Below the pieces are notes generated by a model that searched no databases, was not told where the DNA came from, and saw only the letters and a program-made list of their open reading frames with translations. Below are positions 50,639-59,879 of a stretch of DNA of 64,000 bases, piece after piece (the first letter of the stretch is position 1; every line of letters begins with the position of its first letter). Made by a program: the position numbers and the translations under genes. The DNA is taken from NCBI GenBank assembly GCA_965279035.1, contig OZ257142.1, positions 32,001 through 96,000 on the forward strand, read 5' to 3'. Source of the stretch: Bacteroidia bacterium (GTDB lineage: Bacteria > Bacteroidota > Bacteroidia > M30B66).

Positions 50639-53629
50639 TTACCGAACAATCAACTTCTTTTGAACTTTTGAGCCATTGATGAGCGTTGCATCAACTAGAT
50701 ACATTCCGCTCGACAAGGATTGAATGTCGAACTGTTGAAGCACATTTGTATCGCCCGATTTACGAAGAAGCACTCTTCCAGAGATATCGCTGATTCGGAT
50801 TTCCTTCGCTTTCGATGGCAATAAAACACGAACACTTGTTGCAGCTGGATTAGGATAGATTTCTAATTCAGCTGTTTCATTTTGTGGTATAGTTAAAACA
50901 ATATCTTCAGCTATGGTATTCAGCGTGGTATTGGTTACAACCGGCTCGTTGAAATCGAAATATATGAGTGCTGTATTTTGGAATTCCGTTCCCGGATTGG
51001 TCGCATTTGCTTGGCGTTTCACTCTAAATGCAATCCAACCATGTGATTCGGGTTCATTGCTAAGCGAATCTGCCAAATTGATGTTAGGGAAAACGAAACG
51101 AATGAGATTGCCTTGACGGATTTCGGTTTGGTACGAATGACTAGCTGCCATCACCTGAAGCGAATTCAAATCGAAAAGAGAAGAAAGCGTGTCTTCCACG
51201 TAAATATTATCGGCGGGAGCGGTTCCTGTGTTTTGAAATTCAATAAGGAACTGAAAATCTTCTACCGCTGCACTTATCAACCCTTGCTCCCCTTGCCCTG
51301 CTGGATTCACATTTTTACGATTCGGATCGAAACTTCCAATTACCATACAATTCATATCGAAATGATTATTGTCGGAATCATCATCTTGAAGTAGTGGAAT
51401 GATTTCTCCATAAGAATGTAAAGCGTGTCCAACATATCCTGGATCTGGAGGCAAATCAACCCAAGTTCTGAAATAAGCGCTCTGTCCTGGATTGAGATCT
51501 ACTTGCCAAGTACAGGTATCACCATTTATTCCTAAGATAGTTACTTCATCCTCCGTTCCAGAGTAATGCCCTTCTGCACCATCAATCCACAAAGTATCAC
51601 TTATGACATGACGATAAATGAAACTGATAGGTAGATTCCCAACATTCTGAACGATGGATGGAACATAACTCGTATGTCCTGGAACTAATTGAGCACATCC
51701 GCCAAATACAATAGCAGCATCGTACACAGGAGCAGTAATCGTATCTCCGAAATTAATTCCGTTAATGATTTGGTTGAATGCTGTTGGGTTGACTAAAAGA
51801 GTATCCTCACAGAGTGTTCCCATCAAAGGATGATTAAAGCTGCTTTGATAAATATGTTGTGGACCAGGAGGAATACGTAACGTGTAATTCCCTATTGAAT
51901 CAGTCAATGCCATTCGATCAAATTCAGGAGAATAAACCATGACTGAAGAAACGGTAAGCTCATTGGTGTCCAACAAGCAATCTGCGTCAGCATCAAAGAA
52001 AACGGTACCATTTATCACAGCACAGCTATCGAAATTATTGATAATCGAAGGATAAAAAACTGTGCAATGTTGGTCGTTATCGTAAACACGTAAATTAAAA
52101 TTCTGTGCTGGAGAATTAAAAACACCTGTTGAAGTATCTGATACGCCTGCAATTCCCCAGTCGTAATGCAAAGAATCCAATCCTGGGAAACTGTAAATTG
52201 CAAATCCATCATCCTCTCCTGGGCAACTTACATCGCGCATTTGAACAATAGGAATGGATTGCCCTAGTGTATTTGTAGTAGGTAATAAGCGAGGAATCAC
52301 ATGCAATGTGTCTCTGAAATTGCACCCTGAAATAGTCATGGAATGCACTTCATAATCGCCGTATTGCGAAATGGTATAAGGTCCAGAACCATTAAAAACT
52401 TGATTATTTGCTAGGTTGGTCCATTCGGATAATTGAATTGGATAATTGGTTTGATTTTCGGGGTCGAGTGTTAGCGGATCGCCACAATAGAGGAACGTAT
52501 CAGCAGGAATTACAAAATTAACGTCTTGAACAGGATAGAAATAGCTGATAGAATCGACACAGGTACCTATTGTTCCTGCAAGACTAATGGTTGTGCTATG
52601 TTGAGGAATGTAATTGAAAAAATACGAAGTATCACTTTGTAGAACACCATCTACATACCAACGATAGTCGTCAAAACCAGTTGTTGAGTAGCAAGAAATA
52701 GGTGTTGTTGGATGACAATAGGGTGTTGTTGGCGGCTCGGGCAATACGAGGTAAATAGGGTTTTCGCAATTCGGGTCGTAAATGGCGAAATTATCGAATA
52801 GATAGCGCGATTGAAAAGTCACATCATGTGTTCCTGAATAATGAATGGAATCGAGCGGACTAAAACTTCCAACCATCAACCATTCTTCTCCATGTCCAAT
52901 AATATCTTGTTCAACAGTAAGTCCTGTATCTGAAATAATTTGTCCGACAGGAGTGACAGAAGTGGGTGTAATGGTATCAACAGGAACATTGGTATAAGAA
53001 CCTGCCCAATTAGGAGGATTAGGACTTAAATAAACACCTAATTGATCTTGCCAAACATTGGCTGTTGTTAGTTCTCCACTTGGATGAGCTGCAGCAACAG
53101 TGTAGCGTAAATGATAGGTTTTTCCATGCATTAGTGGGCGCGCCAATTTCACATACATGTATTCACGCAAATCATTGTGAGAAGTATTGCCGTAGGTAGT
53201 TTTAAGAATTAGTGCTCCGCTTATCACCACTCCATGAATGGCCGCATACGAAGTATTTACAGTAGAACCTACTAAAGGAACATTGCAACGCCAAGAGGCG
53301 GTATGTCCAAAATCAACATAAGCTTCGTAATTCCAACCGCTTGGTTGAGTAATTTGTGCTTGTCCAGTTGACCAACCGGAGCCAAAGTTTCCAAACGTAT
53401 GATATGAACTGGCGGAACAAGTTGGATTAGAACCGGAAAAGATAAAACCATTCAAATTTCCACTTGGAACTAAATTATAAGGACCATTAAATGACCAGCC
53501 TGCATTGGTTCCACTCTGTGCACCAGTTGGACTAATGGTTATATCGTCGTTGTAGTTTACTTGGGCTCGAAGTGTTCCAATACAAACAAAAAGAATCCAA
53601 ATAATATTTTTAACTGCTTTCATTTTCAA
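50639..53629 (-). CDS. T9SS type-A secreted multidomain protein with DUF7619-like Ig domain
   Basis: Signal peptide, GSFDPNRK, FQNTGT and IYFDFNEPVVTN motifs, and IYPNPA CTD. Confidence 0.82.
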   Translation of the reverse strand: MKMKAVKNIIWILFVCIGTLRAQVNYNDDITISPTGAQSGTNAGWSFNGPYNLVPSGNLNGFIFSGSNPTCSASSYHTFGNFGSGWSTGQAQITQPSGWNYEAYVDFGHTASWRCNVPLVGSTVNTSYAAIHGVVISGALILKTTYGNTSHNDLREYMYVKLARPLMHGKTYHLRYTVAAAHPSGELTTANVWQDQLGVYLSPNPPNWAGSYTNVPVDTITPTSVTPVGQIISDTGLTVEQDIIGHGEEWLMVGSFSPLDSIHYSGTHDVTFQSRYLFDNFAIYDPNCENPIYLVLPEPPTTPYCHPTTPISCYSTTGFDDYRWYVDGVLQSDTSYFFNYIPQHSTTISLAGTIGTCVDSISYFYPVQDVNFVIPADTFLYCGDPLTLDPENQTNYPIQLSEWTNLANNQVFNGSGPYTISQYGDYEVHSMTISGCNFRDTLHVIPRLLPTTNTLGQSIPIVQMRDVSCPGEDDGFAIYSFPGLDSLHYDWGIAGVSDTSTGVFNSPAQNFNLRVYDNDQHCTVFYPSIINNFDSCAVINGTVFFDADADCLLDTNELTVSSVMVYSPEFDRMALTDSIGNYTLRIPPGPQHIYQSSFNHPLMGTLCEDTLLVNPTAFNQIINGINFGDTITAPVYDAAIVFGGCAQLVPGHTSYVPSIVQNVGNLPISFIYRHVISDTLWIDGAEGHYSGTEDEVTILGINGDTCTWQVDLNPGQSAYFRTWVDLPPDPGYVGHALHSYGEIIPLLQDDDSDNNHFDMNCMVIGSFDPNRKNVNPAGQGEQGLISAAVEDFQFLIEFQNTGTAPADNIYVEDTLSSLFDLNSLQVMAASHSYQTEIRQGNLIRFVFPNINLADSLSNEPESHGWIAFRVKRQANATNPGTEFQNTALIYFDFNEPVVTNTTLNTIAEDIVLTIPQNETAELEIYPNPAATSVRVLLPSKAKEIRISDISGRVLLRKSGDTNVLQQFDIQSLSSGMYLVDATLINGSKVQKKLIVR

Positions 53630-53703
53630 ATATATCGTTAAAATTTTTAAATCTCCAACGTGAGTTTATTAAAATACATCCTCACTAAGTGAATCAGATT
53701 GAA

Positions 53704-54549
53704 TTATTGATTATTGACAATTAATTTCTGACGACTAGTTTTTCCATCATTTCCAATAAATGTAGCGATGTAAATTCCATTGACTTGATCAGAAATATCG
53801 ACTAAAGAAATGCGTTGTCCAGCCTGCTGTTTTATCGATTGAATTGTTCGTCCAGAGATATCTGCAACTTGTAAAATTCCAGCCGAGTTTGGAAGATAGA
53901 TATTAAATCGTCCTTGCGAAGGGTTTGGATATACTGGTATTTCAGATCGTTCCAAATCTAATGTTGATGCTGTTCCTTGCAAGGCAAGTTGATCGACAGT
54001 ATATGTAGAATTAAGAGAAACTGAAATGTCGGCAAATGAAATAAGAATGCGAGCTGTATCTGGGATTGAACCATTTGCAAAAGCTATTGGATATGAAAAA
54101 TAAGTATATTCAGATAATGGCTCTGTCAATTGAATAACAGATCCTCCAATGATATCACTTGAATCTCCCGCAACATTCCATAAATTAATTGCTGATAGAA
54201 TTTGAACCGTATCTTGATCAGGATTGTTTTTATGCCAACCAGAAAAGTAATACGGCTTTTCGGTTAATGGAATAGTAATTTGCATAAAACTACCGTAAGG
54301 ATCGCCAAAAGCAGCAGGAGGAATAATTAAACTTGCAGCAAAACTACCCATATGAGCATCTGTCGATTTAATAATATTGGGAGGATCACTAAAGATTGCT
54401 TGCAATGCATTACTTGTGAACCAGTTTGAAGGTTGCTCATATTCTCCTGATAGAACTTCCCAATTTTCAAAATCCTCCGACCAAATTGTTTGTGCTGGAG
54501 CATTAAAAACGATCATTAAAAGCAGAATAGATATAGCTATATTTTTCAT
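53704..54549 (-). CDS. T9SS type-A secreted protein with a putative carbohydrate-binding (PCMD-like) domain
   Basis: Signal peptide from ATG 54549, FENW..P..W..N and KSTDAHMG motifs, and VYPNPS CTD. Confidence 0.7.
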   Translation of the reverse strand: MKNIAISILLLMIVFNAPAQTIWSEDFENWEVLSGEYEQPSNWFTSNALQAIFSDPPNIIKSTDAHMGSFAASLIIPPAAFGDPYGSFMQITIPLTEKPYYFSGWHKNNPDQDTVQILSAINLWNVAGDSSDIIGGSVIQLTEPLSEYTYFSYPIAFANGSIPDTARILISFADISVSLNSTYTVDQLALQGTASTLDLERSEIPVYPNPSQGRFNIYLPNSAGILQVADISGRTIQSIKQQAGQRISLVDISDQVNGIYIATFIGNDGKTSRQKLIVNNQ

Positions 54550-54579
54550 TATGAAGCATTTTGACAAAACTAAAGAATT

Positions 54580-55755
54580 TTATTTTGGATTTTCCAATCC
54601 ACCAGTAAAGAGAATAGCACCCGTTTGTTTATCACGAATAAGGAACAGAAAAGGTCGATCGGCTCTGAATTGTGGAATTTCGATATGATGCCTTTCTATG
54701 CTAGATTCAGTTACCATCATTACAACAGTAACCGCCGCTGCTTCAGTTCCCTTTTCATTTACTTCAACAAATGCTTTTTGAATTATTCGGCTGATTTCTA
54801 ATGGTGTTTTGTCTTTGGTCATCTTAGAAAAATCGGCACGATTAAATGGCGCATTCATTCCCATCTGCATCAATACATCTTTAAGTTCGTAAGAAGTTTC
54901 GAGTTTGAATTTTGGTAGCCAGAGCTCAACTTCCTGACTTTTTAAAGACCGCATGTTTTTAACTAGTTCTTTCGAATCTATCTCCTTTAACAATTGCTTT
55001 AACGAACTTCCTCTTTTAGGTAATAGAACAATCATGCTTAAATCATCGCCAGAATATGGAAGTTCAATGGCTTGATAACCGTCAAATTGAGCATACTTAA
55101 AATCATCTTTCGCATACATTAAACTGCACGCTGAAGTGCTTTTGTTGCTTTGATAAAATTGGGCAACCTGTGTATTCTCCTTATCAAAGGTTTTCACCCA
55201 ATCACCTTTGAAATAAATGGCGTTCGTTAAAATCAACTTTACTAAAGGAGTTATATCACCGGGTTCGAGCACTTTGGGGATTTTTCCATTGGTGTTTTTG
55301 GATGCCCAATCGTTAATGGGTTTTTCACTCGTTAATGGATAAACTTCAGCATTATAATATTTCTTCGTTATGGCTAAATAATCTGGATGAAGCTTCAAAC
55401 GATTCCATAAGGCATTTGCTACTGCTAATTTGACTTTCCCCTTTGCATTGATTTCAGCCATTCGTTTGCTCATCATTAAAAAGCCCTCATGAGTTAAGCC
55501 TTTTGGATAATGCATCACCTTTTCCATTTCAGAAGCAGTTAGTCCGCTCGCTCCTGCATAGGTCATGGCAAGAGCTGCGCTTAAACTATAAGGAGAGCAA
55601 AAAAGATTAGCTCCAGGTTTATACAGCTGTTGAGTTAATTCAAGGCTGTGACGATTGAGAGCTGAAACGAGCTGCTCTTGCGCCGATTGAATGGATGATT
55701 GAGCAAAGCTGGTTATGGTCAGCATGAGTGCCGACAGAAAAGAAAACGCTTTCAT
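54580..55755 (-). CDS. Serpin (serine protease inhibitor)
   Basis: SPYSL, NAIYFKGDW, LPKFK, VNEKGTEAAAVT hinge and FRADRPFLFLI; signal peptide from ATG 55755. Confidence 0.93.
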   Translation of the reverse strand: MKAFSFLSALMLTITSFAQSSIQSAQEQLVSALNRHSLELTQQLYKPGANLFCSPYSLSAALAMTYAGASGLTASEMEKVMHYPKGLTHEGFLMMSKRMAEINAKGKVKLAVANALWNRLKLHPDYLAITKKYYNAEVYPLTSEKPINDWASKNTNGKIPKVLEPGDITPLVKLILTNAIYFKGDWVKTFDKENTQVAQFYQSNKSTSACSLMYAKDDFKYAQFDGYQAIELPYSGDDLSMIVLLPKRGSSLKQLLKEIDSKELVKNMRSLKSQEVELWLPKFKLETSYELKDVLMQMGMNAPFNRADFSKMTKDKTPLEISRIIQKAFVEVNEKGTEAAAVTVVMMVTESSIERHHIEIPQFRADRPFLFLIRDKQTGAILFTGGLENPK

Positions 55756-55843
55756 TATGGGAGGATTTTTTTGCCTTATGCGAATTGGAAATAGAAGTTC
55801 AAACATGTCCAAAAAGATTTCAGATAATCGGTAATTTGCGAGC

Positions 55844-56497
55844 ATGTTGGAATCAGCTACTAAACATACAGTTGCTATTGCAGATGACCATGCACTATTT
55901 GCAGATGGAATAGCATCCATGCTTTCGACACTTCCCAATGTTCAAATTAATGAACGATTTAGCGACGGAAAGCAGCTATGCGATTGGTTACGACACAATC
56001 GTGTTGATTTGGTTTTGATGGATTTTCAAATGCCTGTAATGGATGGCTTACAAGCGATGAAAGTTATTCAAGAAACACATCCCGAAATAAAGGTGCTTAT
56101 GTTGAGCATGCACGGAAATCCTTTATTGGTGCAAGAAGCAATGAAGTTAGGTGCGAGAGGATTTTTGATGAAATCGGCTGATAAAGAAGAGTTCCAATTA
56201 GCTGTGCAGAAAATATTAGCTGGTGGAAAGTATTTTTCAAGTGAATTGATGGAGAAGATACTTTCTAAACATTCTACTGAATCATCCAACCCAGGAGAAA
56301 CGCAACTTACAGAACGAGAAATTGAAATTGTTCGAGAAGTTGCAGCAGGATTATCGAGTCAGGAAATTGCTGATAAGCTATTCATAAGTGTTAGAACGGT
56401 TGAAACGCACCGTAAGAATATCATGAGCAAGCTCGATGTGAAGAATATGGCAGGTTTGGTGCGATTTGCCTTAGTAAACGGACTTATCTCGAATTAA
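55844..56497 (+). CDS. NarL/LuxR-family response regulator
   Basis: ADDH, LMD, LTERE and TVETHRKNIMSKL motifs. Confidence 0.93.
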   Translation: MLESATKHTVAIADDHALFADGIASMLSTLPNVQINERFSDGKQLCDWLRHNRVDLVLMDFQMPVMDGLQAMKVIQETHPEIKVLMLSMHGNPLLVQEAMKLGARGFLMKSADKEEFQLAVQKILAGGKYFSSELMEKILSKHSTESSNPGETQLTEREIEIVREVAAGLSSQEIADKLFISVRTVETHRKNIMSKLDVKNMAGLVRFALVNGLISN

Positions 56498-58364
56498 ACG
56501 GAACTTTTACTGTACATAGCAATCCTCCTTCTGGAGCAGTTTCCCAACGTAGTTCACCCGAAATACTTTCAATTCGACTTTGAATATTTCGCATTCCCAT
56601 TCCACCCGATGAGCTCAATTCTAGGCCTTTCCCGTTATCCTCGGCAACGAGTAAAACATGCTCTTTTGTACGATAAAGCTGAAGACTGAATTTAGTCATA
56701 CCGGAATGCTTAATCGCATTGGCAATTAATTCTTGAGCTACCCGAAAAAGGGCAATTTCAACTTCTTCGGAAAGTCGCGCTTCTAGAGCAAACGATTCAA
56801 ATTCTCCATCGATTGAAGTACCCGAAAAACTACGTTCACACAATTCTTGAAGAGCTGCTTTCAAGCCCATTCGTTGCAATGTTACAGGCATCAACAAATG
56901 AGAAATATTTCTTGCTTCATCCAATGTTTCAGATAAAATTGCGAGCGATTCTCCAGAAGCATTTTCGTGTTGTTGCAATCTAATTTTTAAGGCACTCAGT
57001 TTCTGTCCGAGACTATCGTGCATTTCTTTTCCAATGCGTTTTCTTTCTTCTTCCTGAGCAAATAATATAGCCCGCAAACCTTCCTGTTGTTGCTTACTTC
57101 TTTCCTCAGATAATCGAATTTGCTGAATCAAGCGCATCCTTCTTGACCAAACATAGCTTGCTCCTAATCCAACAAGTATGAGCAAACTCAAGATGAAAAT
57201 AGTCTTGCGTGATGAAGAAACCGCTTCCTCACTAACCTCCAACTCTAAGGAACGAATGGCCTGCAACTGTTTTAATTCTTTGAGTTCTGCTTCTTTTTGC
57301 GTGGTTTGATAAAGTGCATCCCATTGAGCAGATCGGTCGGCCAAATCTGATTGAAAAATCTCTTGTTGTAACAGGGCTTCTTTCGACCGATAAGTTGCGG
57401 CTTCTTTGTAATTCCCAGTTTTTTCGAACGCATCCGCCAGGTTACGATAAGCGCGCATCAACTCTGGACGATCATTAATTCGCAGACAAATGGTTGAAAC
57501 CTGCTTGGCTAATTGAATGGCTTCGTGTAGCTGGTTTTCTTTAATGAGCACATTAGCCAAGTTATTCATGATAAGCACACAAGAAGCACTATCCTGCACC
57601 TGACTTACTAATTGAAACGCCATCCGGTGAGCATTTTCAGCTTCTTTGAGTTTTCCTAAAGTGGATAATAATCCGCCATAATTATCTAAGGTGCTAGCAA
57701 GGTTTATTGTGTCTTGTTCTGAACGCGCTATATCGAGCGCTCGCAGGTAGGCTTTTTCGGCAGAAGGATATTTTTGAGAGAGTTCGAATGCTGCAGCAAG
57801 TATGTTCAAGGTTCGGCCAACAAAGGTGTTGAGCCCTAGTTTTGTATAGAGTTTTACACTTCGTTCAAGATAGGGAATTGCTTCATTTGAACGTCCCATA
57901 TCGTTAAACAACATTCCAATATTTTGTGACACACGCGCTTGGATGCGTTCACTTTTCAAACTATCCGCCAGGTGCATGGCTTTCATAAAAGCAGGCAAAG
58001 CCATGGAATAAAGTCCCTGCTTGCGATAAATTAACCCGAAGTTGTTGTGAATATTGGCAATTCCGGGAATAAAATGCGCTTTTTGGTAATAGACCAATGC
58101 GGTGTCGTAATAATGTCCCGACAGGTTGAAATTTCCTTGATCATCGTAAATCGCCCCAAAAAGGGAGTAAACCGAACCAATGTAGCGTGAAAACGTGTCT
58201 TTCTTAGCCAGCTGCATGGCTTGATGTGCTATCCTTTCAGCTGTTTGAGGATCGTTGAATTTGATTCGCATGGTTGAGTCGACCAGCTTACGAACTTGAA
58301 GTGTATCGTTTGCCCTGAGCGAATGAAATGTGAAAAGAAAAGCTAGCGTTAGCAGTCGAATCAT
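56484..58364 (-). CDS. TPR-repeat sensor histidine kinase (HisKA_3)
   Basis: Periplasmic TPRs, a TM segment, EEERKRIGKEMHD, ELIANAIKH and DNGKG motifs. Confidence 0.92.
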   Translation of the reverse strand: MIRLLTLAFLFTFHSLRANDTLQVRKLVDSTMRIKFNDPQTAERIAHQAMQLAKKDTFSRYIGSVYSLFGAIYDDQGNFNLSGHYYDTALVYYQKAHFIPGIANIHNNFGLIYRKQGLYSMALPAFMKAMHLADSLKSERIQARVSQNIGMLFNDMGRSNEAIPYLERSVKLYTKLGLNTFVGRTLNILAAAFELSQKYPSAEKAYLRALDIARSEQDTINLASTLDNYGGLLSTLGKLKEAENAHRMAFQLVSQVQDSASCVLIMNNLANVLIKENQLHEAIQLAKQVSTICLRINDRPELMRAYRNLADAFEKTGNYKEAATYRSKEALLQQEIFQSDLADRSAQWDALYQTTQKEAELKELKQLQAIRSLELEVSEEAVSSSRKTIFILSLLILVGLGASYVWSRRMRLIQQIRLSEERSKQQQEGLRAILFAQEEERKRIGKEMHDSLGQKLSALKIRLQQHENASGESLAILSETLDEARNISHLLMPVTLQRMGLKAALQELCERSFSGTSIDGEFESFALEARLSEEVEIALFRVAQELIANAIKHSGMTKFSLQLYRTKEHVLLVAEDNGKGLELSSSGGMGMRNIQSRIESISGELRWETAPEGGLLCTVKVPFNSR

Positions 58365-58426
58365 GAAGTATTATGAGCAGGACTAAATTGAGAAAAATGC
58401 TCTGATGAAAAACGATATTGCTTCTG

Positions 58427-58456
58427 AATACGTGAAAATACGTAGACGAAACACGC
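58427..58456. promoter_or_regulatory. Candidate response-regulator binding repeats
   Basis: AATACGT at 58427 and 58437 (10-bp period), and a degenerate AACACGC at 58450. Confidence 0.4.
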
Positions 58457-58608
58457 AATCACAGGTAGAAATAGGAATTCGTACTGGGTGAATTTTGCAT
58501 TAACGGACTCATCGATTCAAATTCATCACATCAGCCGCCTTCGTGAGCCAGCCTGCTGTCCGTTCAGTCTGAAAAGTTCACGTTGGCGGTTTGTAAAACA
58601 AACGGACA

Positions 58609-59598
58609 ATGAAAAAATTAGTATCAGTAATCTTCCTTGGATTGATTTCATTGGGGATGCAAGCACAAGACAATATCAACGAATGGGTTGATGGGAAAAA
58701 GCTTTGGGTTGGATGTATAGAAAAGCCTAAACCTAAAATTTACAAACTCGATTTACGGGATGATGGAGGAGGAATTTTGCCTTATTATCCTGCACTTAAG
58801 ATTAAAAAACTTGCATTGATTAGTTTTTATGTAGCCGATGAAGAATTTACAACGAATCGAAGAAAATCGGTTTACAGCTACAATGTGGGAAATTATCGTG
58901 TTACTGAAACGCAACGTAAATCGGATGTTTATAGCACTGATGCAGGTTTTGTGAGAAAGCTAACACAATCGATGTATGATATTTATGTGACTTCTGCCAA
59001 AGAAGAATTGAAGAAAAACGGTCTTGAGCTTTTGGAATTGAATGAGTTATTTGCTCAAAATCCAGAAGCGGAGCAGATTTACAAGAACTTCAATCCAGAC
59101 GTTTCAGGCATTGGGAAAAGTCTGGCGGATTTTGGATCCTTTTTAACCGAAAGTGCCAGCGATTATAAAGATGGAAACATTGCCAGCGTGGATGGATATC
59201 GCATCTTTCCTACCGACTATTTTGATGATTATAAATGCAAACAATCCTTTGGAGTTCTAGCTAAGCAATTAGGAGTTGATGCTGTTGTAGTGAGTTTAGT
59301 AACGATTACGAATGAAAAGGGAAAATCGGTAAGTGTGAAGAGTGCTGGCAGTTTTGTTTTTGGTCCGAACCCAGTTGCAAAGCAGGATAAAAAATATGTT
59401 GGATTAGCAGGTGCAGGATATAATGAAGGATTCTTGTATTGGGGAATTCAGTTTAAACATCCCGATGGCGTTCCATTTTTGAAGATGAAAAAGGGAGAAA
59501 TTACGTCCTTTAGTTTGGATGGATTTGATCGACTGATAGATTTATCACTTAATGCAAGCTTAGGAAAGATTTGGGAAAGCTCTCAAATGAAAAAATAG
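58609..59598 (+). CDS. Exported hypothetical protein
   Basis: Signal peptide, 329 aa, own terminator. Confidence 0.7.
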   Translation: MKKLVSVIFLGLISLGMQAQDNINEWVDGKKLWVGCIEKPKPKIYKLDLRDDGGGILPYYPALKIKKLALISFYVADEEFTTNRRKSVYSYNVGNYRVTETQRKSDVYSTDAGFVRKLTQSMYDIYVTSAKEELKKNGLELLELNELFAQNPEAEQIYKNFNPDVSGIGKSLADFGSFLTESASDYKDGNIASVDGYRIFPTDYFDDYKCKQSFGVLAKQLGVDAVVVSLVTITNEKGKSVSVKSAGSFVFGPNPVAKQDKKYVGLAGAGYNEGFLYWGIQFKHPDGVPFLKMKKGEITSFSLDGFDRLIDLSLNASLGKIWESSQMKK

Positions 59599-59604
59599 CA
59601 ATAA

Positions 59605-59636
59605 AAAAGGGCAGTACCGATAAGTGCTGCCCTTTT
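59605..59636 (+). terminator. Rho-independent terminator
   Basis: AAAAGGGCAGTAC-CGATAA-GTGCTGCCCTTTT. Confidence 0.8.
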
Positions 59637-59879
59637 CAAACATTTTAATCAATTTAACCATTTTGTTAGGATCAAACCTAGCTTGAATTGCACATCGGTG
59701 ATATGCCTAAAATCAATTGAAACTTGATGCTATGTTAGCATTTTGAGAGCCGCTTTCATTAGGATTGAGTTCTCTCTCTGTTGAAGGATTTGCTGGATAA
59801 TGAGTTTAATATCCGTTTATTCCTAATGTTAACGAAGTCATGATAGCATTCTCTAATAAGGAACAAGATGTTTAAGCTT

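Noticed and set aside
55756-55938. N-terminal extension of the serpin overlapping the response regulator
   Set aside because: ORF-caller artefact; a clean signal peptide starts at ATG 55755. Similar over-extended starts were trimmed for the helicase, bcp, VWA, truB and ftsX.
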